Shown here in pieces: positions 25,787 through 34,786 of a stretch of 55,811 nt of DNA (position 1 is the stretch's first letter; each line of letters opens with the position of its first letter). Source of the stretch: Candidatus Woesearchaeota archaeon (lineage in GTDB: Archaea; Nanobdellota; Nanobdellia; Woesearchaeales; GW2011-AR9); assembly GCA_018303285.1 (NCBI GenBank), contig JAGVYL010000015.1, forward strand, positions 1-55,811. The letters are read 5' to 3'. Both the position numbers and the translations under genes were made by a program. Under the pieces are notes generated by a model. The model saw only the letters and a program-made list of their open reading frames with translations. It was not told the origin of the DNA and ran no database searches.

Positions 25787-26707
25787 TTACCCAATCGTAC
25801 TTTTTCGAGCATCTACCTCGGCCCTTTTTCTACAAGTTCCATCCGCACGATAAATCTTATCCTCGCTAAACGAAGCACATCGTTCCTCATATCTTTTAGT
25901 TCCCACATCTTTCAACTCCATCCCGATTAAGTGAGGATTGACTCGCGGATCGTTATAAACTAAATAAGTAAACCTGTCAAGTAATTTTTCCGGCGATTCC
26001 TTGTGCTTCCACTGCTCAATAAATTGTTCTCCTTCTTCTGAACTGAAAAAGATATAGAATGAATCCATCACTTCATATTTCGACCAAGAATCTAATCCCA
26101 TGAGGTCTTTTTCCGCAGGACGATTTTCCCAGTCCAATGCGTTTAACAACTTCTCGACTAGATCCGAGGGAATTCTATTTCCTTCTAAATCATGTCGAAA
26201 TGCTCGATAATAGCGTTCGAACCTCTGGCTGTCTAGAGAAAAATAATCATACTCCGGACAGTATTCTGGCTCAAGCAATACTCCTTCCCCCGGCTCTTCT
26301 TCTGCGCCCCATTCTCCGTTTAGTCCATCATCACTTAGCTCTGATTCCATTATTGCTAAATCTTCTACTGTTGAAGCATCTTCCATAACAAAAAGGACTA
26401 GCTGATATGGAGAACAAAGAGAATACGCTAAAGAGACATTGCCATACGCGGGAAACTTTTTACTGCCTATTTTCAGAGTTTTATTTGCATAATAAAACGC
26501 AGTCGGGTCATCAAGCATAGTTCTATATGTAACCATCATCTTTGAATAAGAGCCGTGCAGCATCTTAAGTAATTTACATACTCGCGTATCAAGATTCTTT
26601 CGAAGACTAATCTTGGCCAAAACTTCCGCATGCCTTTCCGGTAATCCGATGTTAATCCCTGCCGTTTTTACTAAGCCTAATCTTTCAACTAATGTTTCGT
26701 TTGACAT
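25787..26707 (-). CDS. Hypothetical protein
   Basis: 306-aa acidic ORF. No motif recognised. Confidence 0.55.
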   Translation of the reverse strand: MSNETLVERLGLVKTAGINIGLPERHAEVLAKISLRKNLDTRVCKLLKMLHGSYSKMMVTYRTMLDDPTAFYYANKTLKIGSKKFPAYGNVSLAYSLCSPYQLVLFVMEDASTVEDLAIMESELSDDGLNGEWGAEEEPGEGVLLEPEYCPEYDYFSLDSQRFERYYRAFRHDLEGNRIPSDLVEKLLNALDWENRPAEKDLMGLDSWSKYEVMDSFYIFFSSEEGEQFIEQWKHKESPEKLLDRFTYLVYNDPRVNPHLIGMELKDVGTKRYEERCASFSEDKIYRADGTCRKRAEVDARKSTIG

Positions 26708-26805
26708 CAGTTCGTCAATATATCGATTATTTTAATTCTTTTCTATTTCGTATTAACCATTAAGTTAAGGAAAATAATAAAAACAATCCTCTAATTAAAG
26801 AGAAA

Positions 26806-28581
26806 ATGACCCTTCGCAGAGTATTAGTCACTGTAGTCGGCCATGTTGACCATGGCAAGACTTCTTTGCTAGATGCCATCAGGCAGACTAACATCACAGC
26901 CACTGAAGCCGGAGCCATCACCCAAGCTATTGGAGCATCCATTGTTCCTATCAGCACCATAAAAAAGCTCTGCGGCCCCCTTCTGGAAAAATTAAAGATG
27001 GAGCTTAATCTTCCGGGCATGCTCTTTATCGATACTCCCGGCCATGCAGCATTCACTAACCTAAGAAAACGAGGTGGAGCTTTAGCGGATATTGCCATTC
27101 TTGTCGTCGATTTAAACGAAGGATTCATGCCTCAGACAGAAGAAGCTTTGCAGATTCTCAAAGGCCATAAGACTCCGTTTGTAGTGGCTGCTACCAAATT
27201 AGATTTAACCAGCGGTTGGAGAAGCCATCAGTCTTCTTCCTTAATCCAGAACATCAACACCCAAGCTCCCCAGACCATTAATGACATAGAAAAAAAGCTG
27301 TACACTTTGGTAGCTAAACTTTCAGAATTCGGTTTTGAATCTGAACGCTTTGATAGAATAAATGATTTCACCAAGCAAATTGCCATAGTCCCGTTAATCT
27401 CTCCCACCAAAGAAGGCATTCCCGAGTTGCTGATGGTTATTACTGGTTTAGCCCAAAAATTCTTGGAATCCAGTCTGCAGTATAATCCTGATGCTCCGGC
27501 TAAAGGCACAATTTTAGAGGTGAAAGAAGAAAAAGGTTTAGGTACTACTGTTGATGCTATTATCTATGATGGAACGATGAAAGTTAATGATTTGTTAGTC
27601 ATTGCCGGATTAGACAAACCCGTAGTCACCAAAATCCGCGCTCTTTTAGAGCCAGAAGAATTAGCTGAGATGCGGGCCAAGAAAAGCAAGTTCAAACCAG
27701 TCAAACAAGTTTATGCAGCTACTGGAGTAAAGATTTCTGCTCCAGATTTAGACAAAGTCCTTTCAGGCATGCCCTTAGCCATTGCTACTGAAAAAACACT
27801 AGCTAAAATAAGCGCTGAGCTGCAGAAAGAAGTGACTGAGATTGCTGCAGAAACAGGCACAGCGGGAGTAGTTATCAAAGCAGATAACCTAGGAAGTTTA
27901 GAAGCATTAAATTTTATTCTTAAAGAAAACCAGATCCCTTTTTCTTCTGCTTCTATTGGAGAGATCAACAAAAAAGATTTACTTAAAGCAGAAGCTATGT
28001 TAGAAAAAAATCCTTTCCAGGCATTAGTCATCGGTTTTAATGTTTCTGTCAGCCAAGAAGCCAAAGAATATGCTCAGGTTAAAGGATTAAAAATAATCAC
28101 TTCTCCGATTATCTACCGTCTGTTGGAAGAATATCAAAAGATGACTGAAGAGATGAAGAAAGAGATTGAGCAGAAACAGCTTTCTCTTCTGGTGCGGCCG
28201 TGCAAGCTGATGCTGCTTAAAGGATATGTTTTCCGTCAGAACAATCCGGCTGTAATCGGAATAGAAATCCTTGCTGGAAAATTAAAAAGCTTGGATCCTT
28301 TGATGAATGCCGAAGGAAAAGGTTTGACCGCAGTCAAAAGCTTGGAAAAAGATCAAGAAAGCTTAAGCTGGCTCAATCCTGGAGAGCAGGCTGCTCTGGC
28401 CATGGATGGAGTGACTGTCGGCCGGCAGATTAAAGAAGGAGAGATTCTTTACACCGATATTCCCGAAGAGGATTTTCGTAAATTACGCGAACTGAAAAAA
28501 CATCTTAAGAAAGAAGAAATAGATCTGATGAAAGAGATTGCGGAAATAAAGCGTAGGCAGAATCCGGTCTGGGGAGTGTAA
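26806..28581 (+). CDS. infB: Translation initiation factor aIF5B (IF-2 family GTPase)
   Basis: VVGHVDHGKTSLLD (G1), DTPGH (G3), ATKLD (G4). 591 aa, the archaeal length class. Confidence 0.95.
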   Translation: MTLRRVLVTVVGHVDHGKTSLLDAIRQTNITATEAGAITQAIGASIVPISTIKKLCGPLLEKLKMELNLPGMLFIDTPGHAAFTNLRKRGGALADIAILVVDLNEGFMPQTEEALQILKGHKTPFVVAATKLDLTSGWRSHQSSSLIQNINTQAPQTINDIEKKLYTLVAKLSEFGFESERFDRINDFTKQIAIVPLISPTKEGIPELLMVITGLAQKFLESSLQYNPDAPAKGTILEVKEEKGLGTTVDAIIYDGTMKVNDLLVIAGLDKPVVTKIRALLEPEELAEMRAKKSKFKPVKQVYAATGVKISAPDLDKVLSGMPLAIATEKTLAKISAELQKEVTEIAAETGTAGVVIKADNLGSLEALNFILKENQIPFSSASIGEINKKDLLKAEAMLEKNPFQALVIGFNVSVSQEAKEYAQVKGLKIITSPIIYRLLEEYQKMTEEMKKEIEQKQLSLLVRPCKLMLLKGYVFRQNNPAVIGIEILAGKLKSLDPLMNAEGKGLTAVKSLEKDQESLSWLNPGEQAALAMDGVTVGRQIKEGEILYTDIPEEDFRKLRELKKHLKKEEIDLMKEIAEIKRRQNPVWGV

Positions 28582-28582
28582 A

Positions 28583-29053
28583 ATGGGAATAATCAATTGG
28601 AAGATACTTAATTCTCGGGAAATAAAAGATGTCAAGAAAAAATTAATAGTTTGGCTGGGAGAATTGCCCGATTTAAATTATGGTTTTCTTTTAAACGAAA
28701 AAAACAAGATTTATCTTGTTTCTCGGGATATTGCAGAAGTAGATTTATCCTCCTTGCGTTTAGACCGAATCGGCCTTTACTTTGCCGAGCTGATGGAAAG
28801 CGGAGAGATCAGGCTGAGCGTAGAAGGCAGCCAATTGGTCGGCCCTTTTGCTAAGCAGGGCATTTACGATTTAAATGAAGAACAGTTGCGGACTTATTTC
28901 ATCGGTCGAGATTTGATTGTGACAGAAGCATTGGAAAATCAATTTTACCTTTTACGTTATGGAAAAGATTTTCTCGGCTCGGCCAAATACAAGAACGGCA
29001 AGTTACTTAACTTTTTTCCAAAAATACATAGAACTGAAGAATTGCTGTGTTAA
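28583..29053 (+). CDS. Small RNA-binding-type protein, NIP7/PUA-like (tentative)
   Basis: 156 aa, starting 2 nt after the aIF5B stop. The C-terminal pattern YLLRYGKDFLGSAKYKNGKLLNFFPK resembles PUA-like modules. Confidence 0.45.
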   Translation: MGIINWKILNSREIKDVKKKLIVWLGELPDLNYGFLLNEKNKIYLVSRDIAEVDLSSLRLDRIGLYFAELMESGEIRLSVEGSQLVGPFAKQGIYDLNEEQLRTYFIGRDLIVTEALENQFYLLRYGKDFLGSAKYKNGKLLNFFPKIHRTEELLC

Positions 29054-29064
29054 TTAATATTAAT

Positions 29065-29925
29065 CTATTCTATGTTCATCAAAAAGTATTTGCCGAACTT
29101 TCCGTTATTAATGAATTGCATTGTCGGCTCAGCCTTCTCGATTCTTCCTTTCTCTACAACTAAAATCAAATGATTTCCCTGTTCATGGGGTGCGCTAAGC
29201 TTACAATCCATGTAGCAGTTCCGGCTTCTTGCGGCATCATTGGGATGGCCGTGCTGTTGATGGAAATCTGTTACCGGTACATAATGCACCTTGACTACAG
29301 TTCCTCGGCTGTTGAGTCGGCGGCCCTGCCAGCGGAAAGTATCATGAATCGCTCGATAGCCGCTTTCTCTTGGTTTAGTCAAAAAATCTTCAGTCTGGAT
29401 TCGCTGTAGGGGGGGAACTCCTGCAAAAATTTCTCTTGCTTTCTGGCAGTCTTTCTCTGTAGTACAGACCAAGCGGAAACCGATGATATCTTCTACAGAA
29501 ATATGTCCAGAAATGACTTGACTTTCCATCCTTCTCTCTTGAGAATAAATTCGAGTGAGTTTTTCCACAATACTGTCTCTTCCCTTTAAGCGGTATTCCA
29601 TTTGGCAGAGGGGAGAATTACAGCTTAGCGGTTGGGAATAGCGTATTTCCTGAGTAGTATGGTGGCGGTAAATCGGAGAGATTTTTTCTTGGGGTGGGAC
29701 AGAGATTTGGAATGCTCGTTGCACTGCTTCCGAAATCTCTTTTAAAACTGCAGGGTCACGTTCAATCAAGACTATTCCTTCTTCATGTTCTGGTAGAATT
29801 CCTTCTTGGATAAGGGGCACTTTCATCCAGTCATGTTTTTCCCACGTGTCTAATCTTCGTTCTAAAATTTCATGATTAACGTTAGAATAGACTGGAATTT
29901 CTTGAAAAGCTTGTTGGACGGCCAT
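29065..29925 (-). CDS. RelA/SpoT-homologue (small alarmone synthetase-like) nucleotide pyrophosphokinase-fold protein
   Basis: RLKGRDSIVEKLTR, DIIGFRLVCTTEKDC and EDFLTKPRESGYRAIH match RelA_SpoT synthetase motifs. The usual EIQIRT motif reads VKVHYVP. Start set at ATG 29925 because the longer track ORF overlaps the aIF1A start. Confidence 0.7.
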   Translation of the reverse strand: MAVQQAFQEIPVYSNVNHEILERRLDTWEKHDWMKVPLIQEGILPEHEEGIVLIERDPAVLKEISEAVQRAFQISVPPQEKISPIYRHHTTQEIRYSQPLSCNSPLCQMEYRLKGRDSIVEKLTRIYSQERRMESQVISGHISVEDIIGFRLVCTTEKDCQKAREIFAGVPPLQRIQTEDFLTKPRESGYRAIHDTFRWQGRRLNSRGTVVKVHYVPVTDFHQQHGHPNDAARSRNCYMDCKLSAPHEQGNHLILVVEKGRIEKAEPTMQFINNGKFGKYFLMNIE

Positions 29926-30075
29926 TGTTTTAGTTAATCTCAATCTTACCCAGTATGTTACTTTTTTGTAGCTATATACTTTATATATAAAGTTTATGAT
30001 GCGCTTGGCCAGAAAAGGAATTTGTTGATTTAGCAGTGGCACTCCTGCAAATTTATAAATAACCACTATTTCTAT

Positions 30076-30402
30076 ATGTTTATGGCTTGGCAGCAACGGG
30101 AAGATGAAACTTTAGAAGTGACCCGCGTTAAGCTGCCGCGAGGAAGAGAAGTTCTGGGTATTGTTCAGCAGCGTTTAGGCGGCGGCCGTATGACTGTCAT
30201 TTCTACTGACGGAAAGAAGCGCAACTGCCGCATTCCCGGAAGATTGAAACGCCAGCTTTGGGTGCGGGAAGGAGATGCGGTGATTGTCGAGCCTTGGGAA
30301 TTAGGCGGAGACGAAAAAGGAGACATTGTCTTTAAATATAAAAAGAACGAACTGCTTTTCTTAAAGAAACAAGGCTATCTTCGGCAGATTGAAGAGATTT
30401 GA
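30076..30402 (+). CDS. eif1a: Translation initiation factor aIF1A
   Basis: S1/OB-fold pattern VLGIVQQRLGGGRMTVISTDGKKRNCRIPGRLKRQLWVREGDAVIVEPWE. Confidence 0.9.
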   Translation: MFMAWQQREDETLEVTRVKLPRGREVLGIVQQRLGGGRMTVISTDGKKRNCRIPGRLKRQLWVREGDAVIVEPWELGGDEKGDIVFKYKKNELLFLKKQGYLRQIEEI

Positions 30403-30404
30403 GA

Positions 30405-31112
30405 TTATTCTTTCAAAAGGCAAAACGGGAGGTTTCTTTTTCTCTCTTCTGCGATCTTTCTTTCTGCAATCGGTTCAGTTACTAATAATCCTTCTTCTTC
30501 GGTTGCTCCTTCTTTGACTTTAAAGTAAGAGGGGTGATAATATTCTAACACTAGATGAATACGCTTATCTCCATCAAGTGGTAGGTATGTGTTTAATTTT
30601 CCGTAGGGAACGTAGACTTGGCCAGGAACCGGGGCTAATGAACTCAAATCCCGAATTCCATTTGTTATCAGATACCGGTCAATAGTTTCTGCCAATTGGC
30701 AGGAGATATATTTTATTCCAGCCATACGACTAGGTTTTCTGCCATATCCTCCGTAAACATCCTGAGTTGTCAAGTCTTGAAGGTTCTTTGCTACAACCAG
30801 TAAATCGATATCCGAATGAGTAATGCTCCTAATCATGAATTTTCTAGGAAAAGTTGAGGAACCTATAGCTAATAAGGAAACTTCTATACCCTCTTGTGAC
30901 AGAAAATCAGATAATTTATCCTGAAGTGAAGCGACTCCCAGTCGTTCTCTTATAGTGAGATAATCTCTAAAATATTCTTCTCGAGGCACTTCTAAATCCA
31001 CTAAGCATTTAGGCAATGGTACCGCATGTTCTTTGAATACAAACTTCTTGAAGAGATGAAGATTATCCAATGCTTTCCGATCCTGAAACGTCCTAAAGCC
31101 GCTGCCAATCAT
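30405..31112 (-). CDS. Pol-beta-superfamily nucleotidyltransferase-like protein
   Basis: LLAIGSSTFPRKFMIRSITHSDIDLLVV fits the hG[GS]x(9-13)Dh[DE]h NTase signature. Confidence 0.55.
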   Translation of the reverse strand: MIGSGFRTFQDRKALDNLHLFKKFVFKEHAVPLPKCLVDLEVPREEYFRDYLTIRERLGVASLQDKLSDFLSQEGIEVSLLAIGSSTFPRKFMIRSITHSDIDLLVVAKNLQDLTTQDVYGGYGRKPSRMAGIKYISCQLAETIDRYLITNGIRDLSSLAPVPGQVYVPYGKLNTYLPLDGDKRIHLVLEYYHPSYFKVKEGATEEEGLLVTEPIAERKIAEERKRNLPFCLLKE

Positions 31113-31197
31113 CTTTTTTATTTTTAGTAGCTTTTATTTAAACTTTTCCGTTCTTTATCTACTCCAGGATAGAAATCTTTAAAACCGCATCGAAGAA

Positions 31198-31803
31198 ATG
31201 CAGTCTATGGCCAAACCATTGATCAAACGCTTTTTATTCCATTCAGTTTTATCGATTATTATCTTTTATTTTTTGGCCAGGATATTGTTTTCTGCTGGAG
31301 GCAAGCTTTTCTTGGCAGAGTTGGCCTTTTTAGCTGGAGCGGCCTTTATTTTCACAGTATTTGTAGTTTTATATTTCCTCACTCGCTGGGGAGAGAGAGT
31401 GATTTTCTTTTTTTATCTTGTAAACCTAGCTAACTTAGTCTTCTTGGGATACATCCAGCAGAGAATGCATTTACTTATCCTATTAACCGCTTTAATCGGT
31501 TTTGTTTTTTCCTTAATACGAAAAGAGCGGAAAGAAGAGCTGCAGCCAAAGCAGGAAAATGTAATCTCAGATGTCTTGCCGGAGGCAGAAAGCATACCTA
31601 AAGAAACAGAGAAACCAATCAAGACCGCGCCAGTTATCAAAGAAGAATTCAAGCCCGGCAAGTTCGTGGCCAGCCAGAACAGCACTTATTATCATCAGCC
31701 TAAATGCGATTGGGCCAAGAAGATAAACCGCAAGCGGAGAGTCTGGTTCTATTCAAAAGAAGAAGCCGAAGAGAAAGGGTATAAACAGCACAACTGTAAA
31801 TAA
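31198..31803 (+). CDS. Membrane protein with a C-terminal Ada-like metal-binding motif
   Basis: Four TM helices, then YYHQPKCDWAKKINRKRRVWFYSKEEAEEKGYKQHNC (the yH.p.C....n.v.F.s.eeAe..Gy..C pattern). Confidence 0.6.
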   Translation: MQSMAKPLIKRFLFHSVLSIIIFYFLARILFSAGGKLFLAELAFLAGAAFIFTVFVVLYFLTRWGERVIFFFYLVNLANLVFLGYIQQRMHLLILLTALIGFVFSLIRKERKEELQPKQENVISDVLPEAESIPKETEKPIKTAPVIKEEFKPGKFVASQNSTYYHQPKCDWAKKINRKRRVWFYSKEEAEEKGYKQHNCK

Positions 31804-31812
31804 GGAATATCT

Positions 31813-32505
31813 CTATTTCACATTCTCCATCTCTAGTTTAATCATCTTCTTTAGCCTTGTCGGATGATGCCGGCAGATATACTCCAATTCGCTTGCCGAG
31901 CGATGGGCAGAGGAGTATCCCCATCCTTTAGCCATGCGATTCAGCTCGTGTAGTTCGTGTAATACGATAAATTTTCTTTCTTTAGAACTGAGATCATCAT
32001 CGATCCAGATTTCTCCAGGGGGAATAAAATGATAAACCCTATAATGTCCTCCTTCGGTAAAATCAATAAAAAAGAGATCTCTTACTAATTCTCCGTCTAC
32101 AATCCAGACCTTTACTTCGGAGCTATACGAGGTCAGGAGTTTTTTATGAATGCGATTGATAATCTCCGGGGAATGGATCTTCCGTTTTAATTTTTTTATA
32201 ATCAGCCGGGATTTGCTTCTCTCGCGTTTTTCAATCCTATCTGCCAAGTCTAAAGCCCAGCAGAACTTTTTTCCTCCAGCCATCAGGCGATTCTCGACCA
32301 AGAGATGATCGATATAAAATCTCGTTTCATCACCGGAATATTCTTTATCAATCCAGAATTCATATTTGGGAATAAACGGAAAGCGGTAATGTTGGCCGAA
32401 GTTGGTGAACTCTTCGTTGATGTTGTCTCGGACGTATTCCCCATCCACAATCCAGACTGTAAATTTTGACACACTGCTATGTTTTTTGAGATATGGCTTT
32501 TTCAT
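31813..32505 (-). CDS. Protein with a tandemly duplicated domain; the second copy carries HExxH
   Basis: FTVWIVDGEYVRDNI..HYRFPFIPKYEFWIDKE...FYIDHLLVENRLM parallels VKVWIVDGELVRDLF..HYRVYHFIPPGEIWIDDD...FIVLHELHELNRM. The start overlaps the lspA stop (ATGA). Confidence 0.6.
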   Translation of the reverse strand: MKKPYLKKHSSVSKFTVWIVDGEYVRDNINEEFTNFGQHYRFPFIPKYEFWIDKEYSGDETRFYIDHLLVENRLMAGGKKFCWALDLADRIEKRERSKSRLIIKKLKRKIHSPEIINRIHKKLLTSYSSEVKVWIVDGELVRDLFFIDFTEGGHYRVYHFIPPGEIWIDDDLSSKERKFIVLHELHELNRMAKGWGYSSAHRSASELEYICRHHPTRLKKMIKLEMENVK

Positions 32506-32969
32506 TTTCCCCTTGAGTATTCATCCCATACAAGATAAACAATCATGCTTAAAACTCCCGTTGTAATAAAGCTATCTGCCAGATTAAAGGTCGGCCAAAA
32601 AGAGAATGCGATAAAATCTGTTACATAACCAAAGATTAGCCGGTCAATCAGATTGCCTGCGGCCCCGGCCAGAATCAGCGCCAGAAAAATCTGCGGCCAA
32701 AGTGTCAATTCTTCTTTGTTAAAAAAGTAGATTATCCCCGCAATAGCCAGAATCGAGATTAAAACAAATAACCAGTTATATCCTTGCATCATTCCCCAAA
32801 GCGCCCCATTATTGGTGAGAAAAGATAGGGAAAAGAAGGAAGTAATCTCTATCGAAGAAGCTAGCATCTTAGCAAAAAACTTTGTTAGTTGGTCTAGAAA
32901 AATTCCAATTCCTGCAATACCCAGAAAGATTAACCACTCGTTTTTCGTTTTCATTGCGAGATGCACCAC
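32502..32969 (-). CDS. lspA: Lipoprotein signal peptidase (signal peptidase II)
   Basis: DQLTK, NNGALWG, GAAGNLIDRLIFGYVTDFIAFSFWPTFNLADSFI: the full LspA motif set. The first ATG is at 32954; the track start is GTG. Confidence 0.85.
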   Translation of the reverse strand: MVHLAMKTKNEWLIFLGIAGIGIFLDQLTKFFAKMLASSIEITSFFSLSFLTNNGALWGMMQGYNWLFVLISILAIAGIIYFFNKEELTLWPQIFLALILAGAAGNLIDRLIFGYVTDFIAFSFWPTFNLADSFITTGVLSMIVYLVWDEYSRGK

Positions 32970-33290
32970 CTAATAATAAATCTTTTTCTTTCTTAAATCT
33001 TCTTCTTCCTGGCCGGCGATTTTCTCCAGATTAGCAAGTCTCTGCTCCATGCTGGCCAGCAGAGCGCGGATAGTGTCCAGTTTGCTGATGATCAAATCCA
33101 TCTCTCGGCTGCTGCCCTGGGGAGGCATACTAAATGAAGAAGGTCCTGAAGGAGAAGGATGAAACGATTCCGGCTGAAAGGAAGGCCCGCTAAAAGACGG
33201 CTCTTCCGAAAATCCCCCCCTCGGCCGAGGCTCTAATGGCGGCACCATCGGCTCCTCTTTTTTCCAGAATTTTAACTTTTCTATCACCAT
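32970..33290 (-). CDS. Pro/Ser-rich protein with C-terminal coiled coil
   Basis: PPLEPRPRGGFSEEPSFSGPSFQPESFHPSPSGPSSFSMPP followed by the heptad-like LISKLDTIRALLASMEQRLANLEKI. Confidence 0.5.
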   Translation of the reverse strand: MVIEKLKFWKKEEPMVPPLEPRPRGGFSEEPSFSGPSFQPESFHPSPSGPSSFSMPPQGSSREMDLIISKLDTIRALLASMEQRLANLEKIAGQEEEDLRKKKIYY

Positions 33291-33374
33291 TCTTGGCAGT
33301 ATCCTCTCTGGTTTTAAAAAGATTTTTGCTGAAAGACACTAAAAAACAAATTTTAGCATAACGAAAAGAAACAA

Positions 33375-34646
33375 TCATTGAACAGATTTGTTTAGGTATC
33401 CGCATCTTTCTGCTAGAATTAAATACGCATTTTTTCTCGTCTCATCTTGGCTGAACTCGGCAGCTTCCTTAAATCTGCCTTCTCGGGCAAAATGAAGTTC
33501 TGCTTCTAAGCTTATGCGATTGGCTTCGTCTGGTGCAGATAATTTCTCCAACGCTCTATACCCGTGAATTTTATCTCCGTATCCGGTAATAATGGTTTGG
33601 GCAATCTCTTTTGCTTCTATAATAATGCCGTGTTCTAAAGCAAGTTGTAATCCTTCGTTTAGCATATCATTTTTTCGATAGATACTCACCGCTCTTTCCG
33701 GAAGATTGTGAGATAAAGCGCATCCTACGGCTAAATCAAGTCTATTTGCTTTGAGGTAATTGCCGATAGCACTCTCTATATCTCCTCTGCGTTTTTCAGC
33801 AATATCTCCAGCGTGAATATAATCATGACTCAATTCGTAAGCCTTTTGGATGATAGCCGGGTCATTAATTTCTTCTCCTAAACGTAAAATGTCATTGGCA
33901 TTCAAAGAGTTAAATCTTGTATCTCCGATTAAGGCATCAGCAGCCTGACGAAGATATTTCTCTGCGTCAGCAGCATCGTTGGAATCTTTTGCCACTCTGG
34001 CAGCGTTTCTGTAATAAAACAGCGCATTGTGAGTATCTTTCTCCGCTCCGGCAACATAGGCAGCAATGGCTCTTTCCGGCATTTTCCACCGTTCGGCGAG
34101 TTTACCTCCTTCTTCCCATCGGGAATATTCTTGATGAGCAGATAAAGCCAGTTCCTTTAAACTTTTTGTTCGCTCTTCATCACGGAAATAAATGGAAGAC
34201 CATTCAGCTGCTCGTTCATACAATTTTCCTTTTGAAAAGAAACCTTTGCTTTCGGATAAAAGAGGAAATAGTTCCATAGCTTGCTCTAATTCTCCCACAT
34301 CAAAAAGAGCAGAAATCGCATCTCCGTACAATTTGTTGGCTGTATAAATCTCTACTGCTATCTGGCGCATGCCATGCTGTGCAGCAAACGTTGCGCAATT
34401 ATACACACTCACCTGGTCGTCTTTCTGCATCTCTTCCAAAACAGAAGCAAGATACTCTGGCTTGTCAGTAATCCCTCGCTTGACTGCTCCACGAATAATT
34501 GCTTTCCGGTGGGTTTCTGATAATGGAGCAAGGTTAAGAATCTCTTCTAAAGACAAGGGCGTTGGTTCTGGAGGAGAAGGTATCTTAGGGCTTAATAATT
34601 TTCGAAGTTTACCAAATAATCCGGAATCCTGAGCTGATGCAACCAT
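33375..34646 (-). CDS. Alpha-helical repeat (TPR/HEAT-like) protein
   Basis: Recurrent ~35-aa helical pairs rich in A/Y/L (AIAAYVAGAEKDTHNALFYYRNAARVAKD...). ATG at 34646; the track start is TTG. Confidence 0.6.
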   Translation of the reverse strand: MVASAQDSGLFGKLRKLLSPKIPSPPEPTPLSLEEILNLAPLSETHRKAIIRGAVKRGITDKPEYLASVLEEMQKDDQVSVYNCATFAAQHGMRQIAVEIYTANKLYGDAISALFDVGELEQAMELFPLLSESKGFFSKGKLYERAAEWSSIYFRDEERTKSLKELALSAHQEYSRWEEGGKLAERWKMPERAIAAYVAGAEKDTHNALFYYRNAARVAKDSNDAADAEKYLRQAADALIGDTRFNSLNANDILRLGEEINDPAIIQKAYELSHDYIHAGDIAEKRRGDIESAIGNYLKANRLDLAVGCALSHNLPERAVSIYRKNDMLNEGLQLALEHGIIIEAKEIAQTIITGYGDKIHGYRALEKLSAPDEANRISLEAELHFAREGRFKEAAEFSQDETRKNAYLILAERCGYLNKSVQ

Positions 34647-34706
34647 CAATTATTTTTTTTTGAGTATAGTTTATTAACTTTATGAAACTTTTGGCATAGG
34701 CGGGAT

Positions 34707-34732
34707 TAGACAAATATAATAGACAAATATAA
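34707..34732. repeat. Perfect tandem duplication of the 13-mer TAGACAAATATAA
   Basis: Copies at 34707-34719 and 34720-34732 in the divergent intergenic region upstream of aspS. Each copy contains a TATA-like ATATAA. Confidence 0.85.
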
Positions 34733-34786
34733 AAAACAAGTTATTCCCCCAAAACCTTTAAAATAACCTTCTTTTTTCACAGTCTT

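Noticed and set aside
12424-28064. Other antisense or alternate-frame ORFs in the track (e.g. 12424-12792, 13140-13463, 13351-13602, 14863-15093, 15497-15688, 16321-16551, 17019-17276, 18468-18848, 19010-19246, 20719-21183, 22597-22866, 26760-27128, 27228-27509, 27711-28064)
   Set aside because: Each lies entirely within a longer ORF that has clear family motifs or repeat architecture. Their compositions are typical of the antisense translation of real genes.
29926-30096. The 57-residue N-terminal extension of the RelA/SpoT-like ORF (track start 30096)
   Set aside because: It would overlap the aIF1A start and promoter region on the opposite strand, and it is a low-complexity, Ile/Lys/Tyr-rich translation. 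The internal ATG at 29925 gives a compact gene.
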